Source: Lingula anatina (taxonomy: Eukaryota > Animalia > Brachiopoda). From it: a stretch of 64,000 nucleotides of DNA. The notes under the pieces are model-generated. The model was given only the letters and a program-made list of their open reading frames with translations, ran no database searches and had not been told where the DNA came from. This document shows positions 26,934 to 40,700 of the stretch, in pieces. The position numbers and the translations under genes were made by a program. How positions within the stretch are numbered: position 1 is the first letter of the stretch; the number at the start of each line of letters is the position of its first letter. The stretch lies in assembly GCA_051362555.1 (NCBI GenBank), contig CM120647.1, forward strand, positions 14,794,651-14,858,650, given 5' to 3'.

Positions 26934-27078
26934 CTACCCTCTACCAGGGCCACAGTTAGACCAATTATTGTGGACATTTTTGGCTGAAGCGACATCAGAC
27001 CAAATGACTGTTTATTTATCTAGAGACATAGCTGTGAATATCTGTGAAAAATCAATCTGTCGCCCTGGTAGAGGGTAG
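26934..27078. mobile_element. Small MITE with perfect 17-bp inverted repeats
   Basis: CTACCCTCTACCAGGGC ... GCCCTGGTAGAGGGTAG. Confidence 0.65.
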
Positions 27079-27237
27079 TGTACATACCAGTACAGTATAC
27101 ATGTACCTGTACAGTAGACCCCCTAACTCTCTCTCCCCTCCCTCGCGCTCATTTCTCTCTCAATCTCCCCAAGGATAAAGGCGAAATACAGTAAAATTTT
27201 AATCTAGTTGTCATGAAACACGTCTTTGCATGGATTC

Positions 27238-27545
27238 CTGGGGCTGATCCAGGATTATTTGAAGGGGGAGGGGGTGTCTGCGGATCCAGGATTATTTGAA
27301 GGGGGGTTGAGGATGAGAAGCCGCCCCCGCCCCCCCCCCCATCCCCCATTGACGTGGGTTTGGGGGCCCGCTGAAGGGACCTTTAAAATTTTGGTATTTT
27401 AAAGAGTGAATGATGCCATTTGTTACGTACAGTTCAGAACTATGATTCATATCTCGTCAAAATTCTCATTTCAAGAGGGGGACCATAGGTATGATTTTTT
27501 TCAGAAATCTAAAATCCAATAAAAACCCCCCAAAATCCGCCACTG
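27238..27545. mobile_element. GGCGGATCCAGG-type G-tract MITE, degenerate
   Basis: Left GGGCTGATCCAGGATT (duplicated at ~27280), right AAATCCGCCACTG, with internal G/C tracts. Confidence 0.5.
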
Positions 27546-27744
27546 AATGGAAGAAGAAGGTTGAGACACAACTTTGAAATTTACATGTGCACAATCTTAA
27601 CAGCCTTCATGCAGCCTCTTGGAAAATCCTTGTTGAGATCGAAAGTCTGAACTGCATTTCTTTATTATTAATATTAATTTTTTTTATTTTTATTTATTTA
27701 TGTATTTATTTTATTTTATTTTATCAATGTTTATTTATGTGTAT

Positions 27745-27795
<51 letters not shown>

Positions 27796-29640
27796 TTTTT
27801 GTTGCTTCGAGTGTCATGTACTTGTACTTCCCACTTAAGCCTAATACAAAAGGTATGTACCGGGGTAGACTTACGTAAAAGTTCGAAAAGTGCCGGAAAC
27901 CAGCGAAGTGTGTCATTGCGACCCGTGAGTTGAGAAACAATGTGACCTGCCAAGAATGTGCCCTGTACAACCACCTTTTATAGTAATTTAGTTACTTGAT
28001 TTGTATCGACATGTATCAAGAAATACTACCACGTTTGAAAAAATTCTCTCCATGCCGTGGAAAGCCACTCGACAATTTCCAATTTAAACCTCAATATTTT
28101 AAATGAAATAAAGGTAACTTATGTCGATAGTTCCCGCTTTAATGCACAGTAAAGACTGACACTCGAAATGGTATAATTAGAAATGGTTAAAAAAAAACAT
28201 CAAATCAAAGTGTAAGATAGCGTCAATCATTGATATGTGAGTACAGAAAAATGTTCTTTTTTGTTTAAGTTTTTCCAAGAAAATACGATTTACCGTGAAA
28301 TCCCTAAGTGGATAACCATATTAAATCAGCATTGACTTTATTAAGTGAAACTTGCCAATTTGAGGGGAAAAATCGTACGGTAAGGTTGCTATTTAGAGTA
28401 CTCTACCGTACTTTCGGCTACGAACTTCCCCGGTACTCAAACAGTCTACACAAAAAGCATTACCTTACGCCAAAAGGAATGGAGAGCCATCGAGCGTAAA
28501 ACGTAAAGATTAATAAAGCAAGCTGGCTATTTTGAAAGGGGCGGTTTACTGAATTGTTTACCTGTAGAGTACACACTGGCGTACAGTGATCGGCGGCGGA
28601 CCAAAGAGGTCACGGAAACAGGTGAATGGGTTCTGGGGTGAACGTATTAGTTAGGGCTACATCTAGGGTCACAGGGCAAATTGTCTGAGCTTTTTCGCTT
28701 TTTCCTCTAGATCTTGGCAAATCAACGGCAATGACGTACCGTGCTTTAATCACATTTAAAGGGATAGATGACTTGACATTAGGCAATTGACGTGATAATT
28801 TTGTGTGTGTTTATCTATGATCAGGACAGACTGCCCAGGGTATCTGTACGTGTTTCGGGCGTTGAACCGCAGATGAACTCCAAACATCGGCCGTGACGCA
28901 CGCGTTAATTGTTGTAAAAACTTAATGGTGGCGTGTATGTGTGAACTCTGCGTTACAATACATGTTCCAACTTCACAAAGTACACAGGATCCTTGCATGA
29001 GTATCTCCTTTAATATTTTTATAAACTCGATTAAAATTTTAGAGAGAAAAATTGGACGGCCATTTGGGGAAGAGACGAGCAGAACAGCTGGACGAGGAGT
29101 TGACGCTCTTCTGTGAGACGGATCTGAGATAAAAGTTGATAAAGTGGGCGCCGATGCAGAACATTTTGAATTAGCATGACCAGGACAACGGAACTGGACT
29201 GTCATTATTCTGAATATTTGCTGTATTAACGTTGTTGAACACAGGAGAAGAGCAAGGACGGCAAAATACAACTGAAAACAGTGAAAACATACAGCGCAGT
29301 GGATACATGCATGTTCACGCTAAACTCTAGATCTACAGTCTCTGTTCATGTCTTTTTATACCAGTGCAATAGTAAGTGAATAGTACGGATAGTGTGTACA
29401 TTGGGATGTTGAGAAGTAGACGACAATTTTGAAAAAAAAAAAAAAAAAAAAAAAAAAGAAATCAAAAAGGGCATGGAAATTTTTGAAACGTCTCTATAAG
29501 TAAATAACTGTCATTGCAGACATTTTCCACGGGAGCTGCAAAGAGAAACAAGCAAGCAAGTCCCAAACAATTGTCATTGATAACCGTACAATTCCATGAC
29601 AGCTCAGCCCGCAGGTCTTAACATTGTTTCCGATTTAAAA

Positions 29641-29836
29641 ATGGCATCAGCTCGCGACCAGCCGGTCATTGCCTCGGTCACTTATAGGATGCAGTCGGCT
29701 GTCATTCTGGACCCGAGGGATGAGGAGGAAGATTCAGCTGAGGAGGTTAGTAACTAGGTGGAATTGCCAGATTGGTGTGTGTGTGTGTGTGTTTGTGTGT
29801 GTGTGTTCGTGTGTGTGTGTGTGCGCGCGTATGCTT

Positions 29837-29891
<55 letters not shown>

Positions 29892-30413
29892 CATGTAGCC
29901 AGCAATAATAATAAAAAAAAAATTCTGAAAAAAGGGACCTTCCACCATGACAACTCGTGTACCAAGATGTTTTTTACGGACCTTTCCCCTGCAAAGGGTG
30001 GTTCCAAACCCAAGCCCCCACCTCCACCCCGCGAGAGGTCTCAGTGGAGAGAGAGAAAGAGAGAAAGCACTCGAGAGAAAAAAATCGCGCTTGAAGAGAT
30101 TTACTTTATTCATACAAATAATGCTTAACAATAACAATCAGAATAAGAAGAAATGTTATACTTAAAATGGCCAACAGTCGAGCCTAGTACAAGTTAGCAG
30201 CTCTGTTCGCCGGTTTATTTTCAATCTAAAGGCCTAAAGTGGTCGTGTTCTCTGCTTTACCTCTTGTACACCTTATCAAACCGTACGACGTAGCTTTACG
30301 TAACTCGACCTAGTTCCTCTTTGTCCCCGTGCGCGTAGGCCTACACTGTATACATGTCTCTTGCCACAGGAATTCAGTTATTCTTTCAAACACCTGGCTG
30401 GCAGTGGGTGTAA

Positions 30414-30503
<90 letters not shown>

Positions 30504-30651
30504 GTTTTCCCTATTTTCTTACTACGATTTTCTGTACATAGTTAATTTTGTGTAGATCGATAAAGTTGATTTGACCTGCCATAGTTAAATCTGGGAAAGC
30601 AATTAAATAGCCTGCATTGGTATACGTAATCCGTATTGTAGTGTGCCTTTG

Positions 30652-30709
<58 letters not shown>

Positions 30710-32772
30710 AATAAATAAATAATTTAATTAATGAATGAATTAATTAATTAATGATCGATTGCCAAAGTGAAGAGCTAATGATGATATATAAATTTCTCTA
30801 TTTTATCTGTTTTATATAAAAATAAGTTCTTCCAAAATTTGGAACCAGTAAACTTTAAGTAAGCCATGCAGTTAATACTAATTAACCTGCTTAATTAGTT
30901 AAAAGTTATGTATATGTTAACTGATACATCATCATTTAAAAATACTGCAACGTCATTGATCTTTGCCTCCTGATGATAACTTAAAAGACCTAACAAAACA
31001 CGAGACCAGCATTCGACAAATATGATGACACTCACACGTAATTTATCAGTCACCTAGTTCACGTCATGATCGCTTTGGTTGTGGACTGTCTTGTCCACTT
31101 GACTCCAAATCGAGACTGGGCAGAACACATGTCATGTGATTGTCAACTTTGAACCGAGATAGAACCATGGTAAGTTTCTTCCACAGCTTTCTAAAACTGA
31201 CCACTTAGAGTGAAACCAAATTTATAATTTCTTACATGTGAACGCAGCGCCTGTGACTGTTAATAGGGGTTAGATCTCACTTGTTTTTTTCTATCCGAAA
31301 ACCGGGTTTGAAAGTAGGGTTAATTTTTGACATTCTCGACTCAAGTTGTAAAAGTGCTGACCGGTATTGGGTATGCAGTGCTATCAGTGATCTGTTGCCT
31401 TGCATCTAAAAAGGGTGCAAGTCAACGTTCCAGTGTTTATAAAACTGTCTTAAAGTGTACACTGTCTTAAAGTGTACAAAGTAATATATATATTATAGGT
31501 GGTGGTTTGATCAATGGGTCATGTGTATATTATGTCGTATTGTTCTTCTTATCTTGAAACGTCACAATTTACAAATCAGATGACTTCAACTCCCTGATAT
31601 TTTTCATCGTCATGTACAGTGGACAGAGTAGCATATCATATGCATGTATTGTTATATGATTACTCATTTCAGACATTTAGCATTTGATAGATATAGTGAG
31701 GTTACTAAGATGGCTCATGGTAGAGCTAGATGAAGGTTTGGATGTGTATGTGTGTGTGTATGTGTGTGTGTCATTGCATGCGTATGTTTGTGCGCACATA
31801 TTTTTCCACAAAACACTGAGCATTGTGTCGTCAGCCTGAAATATAAGAGTGGGGTTGAGGGGGGAGGGGTCTTTTTCTGAAATTTATCCACAGATATTAT
31901 TGCTTATATAAGTTTTTGTGTAAAAAGGTGTTTGTGGTCCAGTCAACAAGAAAAAGTGCACTGTGTGACAGCACATTGAAAGGTGGTATTATAGCAGCTT
32001 AGTGTAAAATATCTGGTAAATTTCTGCCTATAAAAGTCAAAATTCCCCAAACTACAACTCACTGTCAAGTCTTAAATTAGGGAAGATAATAGTATAGCTA
32101 TGTAGGATATGTAGACCTCTGTAAACATAGAAAAATCCAAATTTAGGTCGTTGTCGGTTGCTGATTATGTATATTTTTACCTCAAAGAAAAGAGGTCATT
32201 CACAGTTCAGTAGTTACCTACAGTGATGCTAGCATAATGGTTCGATTTGTTCGGAGCACACTTTTTGCCATGACCATGTGGAGACATTTGCTTCAAGGCT
32301 AGCTTACATCAGTGTCATTTAGACCTTGGCACAAGATTTAGAGGGAAGATAACTTTACTGTGCCAGAAGAGGAAGATTCATTACTGTATCGTAAATCACT
32401 GCTGTAACTTGTGTCCAGTTAACCTTATATCAAACCCTCTGGCTCAGGATGTATGGAAAATGAGGGGAGTGGAGACGGTGGGGGGGGGGTCTGGGCAGTT
32501 TTTCGGTTAATTAACAGACTTGTCACATTATTGCTGTGATTTTTGCTATGAGAATGATTATACTAGTTAGTATATGAAATGATTACTAGTATATACTGAC
32601 ATAGACTGAACTTTGCACTGATTGTCTCATGTCTGAAATGGACACATTTTTGTATATATATTTTAGCTTTTTTGACAGATTTGAGCAAGATGTGATACAT
32701 ACAGTATCAAATAAACTTTTATTTGTTATAGGAAGTTTGAACTCATATTTTGATTTTGGATGTTAGAAAAAA

Positions 32773-32829
<57 letters not shown>

Positions 32830-34947
32830 ATATATATACGGAGTTCAGTTGAATAGAAATGATCTTGCAGTATTTGGACTGTAGATCTGTTGTTCACCTG
32901 CACCCAACCTTAAGGTACAGGAACCTACTAGAAGGCAAGAAGTGGGCTGTTTCTTATCTTCACAGAAGTATCAACATTTTATCAACAGACTTCCTTATGG
33001 TGTGACGCTAAAAGCGGTTCTTTGACCTTGTTAAAAGACATGTGATGCTGATATGTTTTATTATTATTATTATCATTATCAACTATTGTTGGCGTCATCC
33101 CTGTGCACTTTTCACTGTTAAGGAAATAAATGGAAACTGTATTATTATGCTTAAACTTAATGGATTGAATCATATCACTGAAATATGAGTCATTCTCAAA
33201 TAGCACCTTTTTGGCCCTTTTTTATTTTCAAATTGCGAGATTTATGCTTAGGTAGTTTATTCTTCTCATCTAAGCGTTTCGACCCGCCATGGAATTAATG
33301 GTGTTCAATACCAATACATTAATGCATTTATTTGGTGAAAATTTTAATATATACCAGTATGACTAAGGATAATGAATGAGACATTTGACTTTGTTGTGAC
33401 TTAAGCCAAGTAAGATACAGATAGCAACTGGGTTGACTTGTATAGTGTGTGCAATCACTTCCAAGCAAACACGTAATACCCTAGGTAAATATATGATATC
33501 AGATAAGAAAGGAGACATAGTCATGAAAACTAGTAAGTGATACTAGTATAATTCTTATATTTTAGATAGGGGCATTGTGGTTTCAGTGAACCTTCATATG
33601 TTTGGTTGGCTTAAGTGTACTAGTGTGTCTGTGTGTGTGTGTGTGTGTGTATGTGTCAGACTTTACGAAAGGCGTCGGACCGTCGGACATGCCTGGCAAA
33701 TTTCGTCTCGGTCCGATAAAAAATCCTGTATCGTCGGACCTTATGTCCGGCGAGTTTTCAAACTGACTGGGAATGTGTAAATATAAGGAATACGTTGTTG
33801 TTTCTTTTCTGGACAATATATTTTACTTCATTCAAAAAGAGAGACGGGGTGAAAATCTCGGGGAGTTCCCAAGTAAATATATATAATTTATTAACCTCAG
33901 TTTCACTCACAAATACTATTTTGTGACTGGCTGAGGTTGGGGGGTTCCTGAATGATGTAATGTACAGTCTCGTTTTCGTTTTCGTTATACCCCTACACAA
34001 CAAAATGGCCGCAACACATGTGCTCGTGCTATTTGCGTTTTTACAGACTTGATCCTCTGTTTCTTCATTATCAGTCGTAAATAGTACTCATGGATAAGCC
34101 TTTTGCTTAGAAATGACGTTGTTGAACTTTAAACACTTCGTTGGTGCAAAGCGTGGCAAAAATGAAAATGAAGTGAGGAAGAGAAACGGAAGTTTATTAA
34201 AATTGGAAAGAAGGTAGGCCCTGGCGGACTAATGATCTGTAGGAGAGGAAAATAGTGTGTGCCGAGTGTCAGGAGTACTAAAGTTATCATTTTGATCAAT
34301 AGCAACATAAATGTTACAGCTTTATTACGGGTTCTTAAATTATGGAACATATGTAGGCCTACGTATTTGCATGTACCGTTCACCACTAGTTGGAGAAAGT
34401 GCACATGAACTTGATGAAAGCTCACAGTTTGAGTTTCTTTTTATAAAAAAAGAAATAAAATGAAGAAGAAACTTAGACTCGGACCGGACAGTCCCTGTCA
34501 AAGCTTCAATTGTGCTGTTTCAAAATGCATATGTTATTGCCAAAAACAATGTGTGAAATGGTTATCTGATTAACAGACGTTTTTATGGACATGTATACAT
34601 TTGATATTTCTAGCTACACATTCTTCATACTTGTATTGTTTTTAGTCCTTGTGTCATTCCACGGGATCTTTTTCATTAAATAAAATGCAACTTGTTATGC
34701 AAGTAATTTTTTGCCTATTTTTTTTTTCTTATTTTACTTTTTTACAAATAAATATATATCAAAAATTTAATAATTGATTTAATGTCAATGATTTAAAACG
34801 TTAGAAAATACACATGAAAAGATGAATAACGGTTCATATTTTTTATTATTTTACTTCGGTCTGACAGATTTTGTTTCGGTCTGACAGAATTTTCAAGCTT
34901 GTCAGACCGAATGTCTGACAGATTTTTTGGCCTTTCGTAAAGTCTGA

Positions 34948-34978
<31 letters not shown>

Positions 34979-35780
34979 AAGAGAGAGGTCAAGAAAAAGA
35001 CAGAATTTTATTGTCCAGGCTTCCAAATAGTTGTCTGGTGTCTTAATCATTTTGCTAAGTTTATTTTTTCTAATCATTTCCCTAGGCAGCAGCAGAGAAG
35101 AAGGAGCACCTGTATAAGATTTTGGTAATAGGAGAGCTTGGCACAGGAAAAACCAGTATTATCAAAAGATATGTTCATCAGTTCTTCTCACAGCACTACA
35201 GAGCTACTGTATCCTTTTATCATGATGCACACTGGATGTGCCACTTACGTTAATGGTTATTTACTCAATTTAACATCTTCATCTCATTGGCACATAAGGT
35301 ATCAACCTCACCCTGGCACTGAGCACCCTCTTTCTTGTTTTTGCCTGGCCGTTGCCACTTGATAGGTCCATCTCATTTATTTCAGTTCATTTGTCAGTGT
35401 TTAGGGCAAGGCAGTTATGCATTTCAGAAAATCACATAAAGTGTCACAACGCATTCTCTGTCACAACCAACACACTGTAACACCTACCACACTGTCACAA
35501 CTGACTCTTATGTCACATCTACCACACTGTCACAGCCATCTCATTGTCACATCTGCCACACTGTCACAACCAACACAATGTCACACCTACCACACTGTCA
35601 CAGCCGTCTCATTGTCACATCTACCACACTGTCACAGCCATCTCATTGTCACATCTACCACACTGTCACAACCAACACAATGTCACATCTACCACACTGT
35701 CACACCCAACACAATGCCACATCTACAACACAATGTCAAAACCAACAAAATGTTGCATGTTGGGCAAGTAGGTCTCAGAG

Positions 35781-35815
<35 letters not shown>

Positions 35816-37691
35816 TTAGAAATTTGGTTAGAAAGTATTTTATTAAAAAAAATCCATTTCATGTCAGGCAAGTATTCCTCTAGCAATTCTTTTGTTTCCA
35901 GGCAAGTATTAGATATGTAATGTATATATCTTTAACTTAATTTGGCTAATTTATAGCTGGTTGCTGATGGACACCTTGGATGATATAAATAAAAGAGTAC
36001 TGTTAGATATCTAGCTAAGTATGACTTATAATCTAGCTGCCTGACTACAGAAATCATTAACACCTGGCAAGTAACGTCAGTACTATTAGGAATGTTTAGT
36101 TGTAGATAGAAAAAACTTCTACTACTTATTGAAATTAAAAGGTTACAGGTTAGGGAACCATTGTGATTATCAAATAATTATATTTTATTTTTATTTGTAC
36201 CTCAGCATGCATTAATCTCAGTGCCCTGTGTAAATCTTCAGTTAAAAACAGTGCATCGGTACTCTGTTCACCCTAGTACAGTGCCATATGAAACATATTA
36301 CAGCAATGAATCTTACGTTGTCTGGTCATCAGCTGAAGTTGCTATCTGATGTTTGCATCTTTAGCTGGAGGGGACCAGTCTCTTGGTTACATCATTATAG
36401 AGTACAATGAGGAAGCCCCTCAGGTGAAAACGATGTGTTAGAATACCCAGCTGTCATGTTGGTCATGAGCTAGCCTATCTTGGGGGCAGGGGTGTGGTAG
36501 GGGGGCCTAGTGGTTGGGGTTTAAATCATACAGACCCTAAACCTGTCTCTGCTTGACGTGGACTTCTTCCTGTCATCTTGAAGTAGGAAAATTTTGGCTG
36601 TGATGTGAATAGTCAACATATTAAGTGTATGTAACTGTCTGGGGTGATGAAAGGGGGGGGGGGGGAGGGTGAGCAAAATGCCCTTTTGGCCAGGCTGGAA
36701 AAAATTTCTTTCCACATTGGATTGTACTTTAGATTTTAAAAAAAATTATAATTATCAAAAATTAATAAAGGACTTGTCTGAATAATACGGCAGAATGATG
36801 TTTGCAAATTGACTTACTGTGTACTAGTATTTACAAGATATAACTGTCACATGTCACTTATTGGTTAAATGATCTGTAAACTAAAATCTCATTCCCAATG
36901 AAACATAGATCGATCCAACTCCGCGTGGATTCTTGCTGAATGCGATGAGATGAACAGATTAACACGCCGCCTCCTGGCGTTGAGTAGAATTACAGAAAAG
37001 CTGGTGATTATATGAGGATGTTGGAAACAGAGGAATTGTGGTCTGTCAAACTGATTGCATACAATGAGGGTCCATGAGAAGTTTGATCGATCTATGTAGT
37101 TCATAGTGTCATTGGAAATGAGCCTCAATACATACCTGACATAGATATTAAAACACTGTGTACTGCTTGGAGGTTTGAGGAATATGCATTAAGTCTTTAT
37201 TTATAACTCAGTGTACAGAAAGCAACAGAAACCGAAAGTAATTGGGATTTTTAAGCGGTTATTCCCCACTTTCTCATATGTGTACATTTTTCCAAGAAAT
37301 CCCCCTTTTGTATTTGACAACAATGGGTAGTTAAAGTGAAAGTGCTGCTAAAAAAGAATGCCATTATTTTGTGTTTACAACTCATTAGAAGTGAAAGTGA
37401 AAGTGCTGTTGTGGGAATTCCCTGTCATTCCTTCATAGGCCTTTAAGCAGAAACCTCGGGGATATTCCAGGAGAAATCAATCAAGTGTGATGAGTAAAAT
37501 TCCTCTGTATCTCAATCTATCCCCCACCCAACACATTACAAGCACACCAACTACTAGTGGTATACACCATATGACCAGAGAAATCTGAATTGAATTGAGA
37601 TAAATGGAATTTTCTCTCCACAGGCACAAAATGTCTAATGATGCATTCTAATAAAAACAATACAGTGTTATTAATGGAACCCCCCTCTTCT

Positions 37692-37726
<35 letters not shown>

Positions 37727-40700
37727 CAACACCCCACACCCACCCACCCACCTTTCCGGAAAACAATGAACAAGTGTAGATTTACTGTTGCTATAGACAT
37801 GGTGCACAGACAATACTTTTCTCTGTTTTGATTTTAAAAAATACTGTTTGATCTCCCTGCTTGTTGCAAACAATTATGTCTTTGCACGTGTTTTCCTGAA
37901 TTTGTAGGGCAGTTATGCACACATTGCAATCATCCAACTTTTCCCAATATTTGAAAATATTCCGGGGGCTTTATCCTTTTCAGTCTTCAATACAAAATTG
38001 ATTTTCCTGATACAAAATGGACTCACTTCATACAGAATTTCATATTGTATCACCAACAATGCATTTATTTTGAAAATAGATTTCATCGTTTTTGTTCATA
38101 CTTATTGAATAATTACCGTATCATTTATGGTTCATTGTGATGCCCCCTTGACTGTGCCTCAGATAGGTGTTGATTTTGCACTGAAGGTCATAAACTGGGA
38201 CTCCGACACACTGATAAGATTACAGCTATGGGATATTGCAGGTAAAGTGTGCAACCAATAGGTGGTGATTACTGGAAATTTTCGAACCTCATTACTGTTA
38301 AGATTTTTTATAGAGATTAATCATGTTCACATGCTCACAGCAGTTGACTTGTCTGAATTGAAACTAGTTAACTTATAAATTGTTTTAAAGTCTGCATTTT
38401 TAAATATAACGTACAAAGCATTTAGGGGGTATTAATTTTTGCTGTTTGAATATATTGAGTAATTGTTGTAGTATGCACATACAAGCAGAGAACTCCTGGA
38501 GCAAGATATATATTTATATATAGTGCAATAGTGTAGCAACAAAGTGAATAAAAGGACGAATGAGTACTCAGTGCATCTTGTTTTCCTCAGTTGTAGATAA
38601 TTATACATTTATACATTTGAAAGTTATTACATAACTTCCAAACCCCATTTTACTCTCAGGTGAAAACTATAAAGATAAGAATCCTATTGCATATTATTAC
38701 CAATGTATTTTACTAATTTATTTTGCCTAATGTATATAAGTACCAGACTTTCTTTTATTTTTTTAAAACAAATTGTCTCTTTAGGTCAAGAAAGGTTTGG
38801 GAACATGACCAGGGTCTATTACAAAGAGGCTGTAGGATGTTTTATTGTATTTGACGTGACGAGAGCGTCAACGTTTGATGCTGTGCAGAAATGGAAGAAC
38901 GACCTAGACAGTAAAGTACAACTTCCTGATGGTAGCAGTATACCATGTGTATTGTTAGCAAACAAGGTATATAACCAAATTAAGTTAACTTACCATTGAA
39001 GTAAAGGGCTTTATCTGAATTGGAGTTACCTAATTAGATATAAGTTTATAAAACTATGCAATCATGTAATGAGTACAATTTCAAATTGAATTTTATTACG
39101 GAGTACCAGGCTGGATTTATAATTATTTTCAGTTTGAATTTTGATTATTTTAATTTTATTTACATTTGAGAATGATCAATTTTATTGTGACACAACTTCT
39201 TTTATTTATTAATTAATTTACTGATTAATTTATTTTGTCATTATGTATTTTAATGAATTTTTGAGATTAATGCATTGAATTGACCTGACCTCTGTTACAG
39301 TGTTACCAAGCCAAGGTGTATTTTTGAGCTTGATACATTGTATCTTTGACAGTGATACATTGCATCTTTGAGATTGATACATTGTATTTTTGAGACTGAC
39401 ACATTGTATTATTGCATGCCCTCTGTTTCAGTGTGATCAAGCCAAGGAGTATTTTTTGAGATTGATACATTGTATTATGACTTGCCCTCTGTTTCAGTGT
39501 GATCAAGCCAAGGAGTATTTTTTGAGAATGATACATTGTATTTTGAGATTGATACATTGTATTTTTGAGATTGATACATTGTATTATGACTTGCCTTCTG
39601 TTTCAGTGTGATCAAGCCAAGGAGTATTTTTTTAGAATGATACATTGTATTTTTGAGATTGATACATTGTATTTTTGAGATTGATACATTATATTATGAC
39701 ATGCCCTCTTTTCCAGTGTGATCAAGCCAAGGAGGGTCTGGTCAACAATGCAGGTCAGATGGACGAGTACTGTAAAGATAAGGCGTTTGCTGGCTGGTTT
39801 GAGACCTCTGCTAAAGAGAATATCAACATTGATGAGGCAGCAAGGTTTTTGGTGACAAAGGTAATCCTTTTATACAATGCGTGTGTGTATATATATGCAT
39901 ATGTCTGTTTCATCCAGATAATGTACACTCAGGAATCATAAATCAAAGGGTTATATTGGCATTTTGAAGCCAGTCTTTAGCTCTTTCGTCTAACAACTTA
40001 AGTGAGTCCAACCTTGGGCAATGATGCAGCTGACAAGTCTCTACGATGTGGTTGGCTGTCTGTAGGGGGAGAGAGACACCTCCCCGTGGTGATCCCTGGA
40101 AACGCTCCAATGGCTAAGATCTCTCACACGTCACGATCATCCAAATGTGTGTGTGTGTGTAAGTTAAAGGGATAACAACTGTGCATTCCCCCCCTCCCCT
40201 AAAAAATTGAATTTTCCTGGGGTAAGTGTCAATTTTCCATTACTGCCGATGGCTAATGAATCCATTCCAACAATAAGTTCCTGTTATTTTTTCTAAAAAA
40301 AAAATTTTTTTTTTTTTTTTTTTTTTTTTGGTTTATTTTAATCTTTTAAGAGATTATTTGGGGGGGAGGGGGGGGGGAGTAGACATCCCTGGAGGTCAAG
40401 TGGTCCAATACAGATTCCCGAATTATTATGATGACTGCCATTTTGGTGGTTAAATAGGAATTTTTTAAACATTTCTATGAGTTGTTCACAGTGTATTTAT
40501 TATGAAATATAGATTTCATCCAAAGAGTTGTTACCCCTTTCAGGATTTTACTGATTATCTAAGTACTTTTATTGATCAATTGATTTTGAAGACAGATATT
40601 TAGATGGTTTGTTCAGTGTATTGATTGATTTTGTGTCTTATAACTTTTGTACAGCAACAGCATTTTATTTGTTCATAATTGATTGATTGATTGATTTTGA

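Larger units (their letters stand above)
35209..38162 (+). other. U12-type (minor spliceosome) GT-AG intron of Rab32
   Basis: 5' splice site GTATCCTTT; branch CCTTGAC at 38146-38152, about 11 nt before the AG; no long polypyrimidine tract. Confidence 0.9.

Noticed and set aside
28756-29271. 171-aa minus-strand ORF
   Set aside because: Non-ATG start and no recognisable motif; probably the Rab32 5' region read antisense.
27587-30541. ORFs made of YLFI, RERE, CVCV and IYIY runs
   Set aside because: Translations of microsatellites.
35417-35920. His/Cys/Thr-rich ORFs, and a CRISPR-like appearance of the repeat
   Set aside because: These are translations of the 17-bp minisatellite. The spacers recur, there are no cas genes and the context is eukaryotic.
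36534-36581. LDVDFFL peptide resembling IGVDFAL as a mutually exclusive Rab32 exon
   Set aside because: No AG/AC acceptor at the matching position and a stop follows within a few codons.
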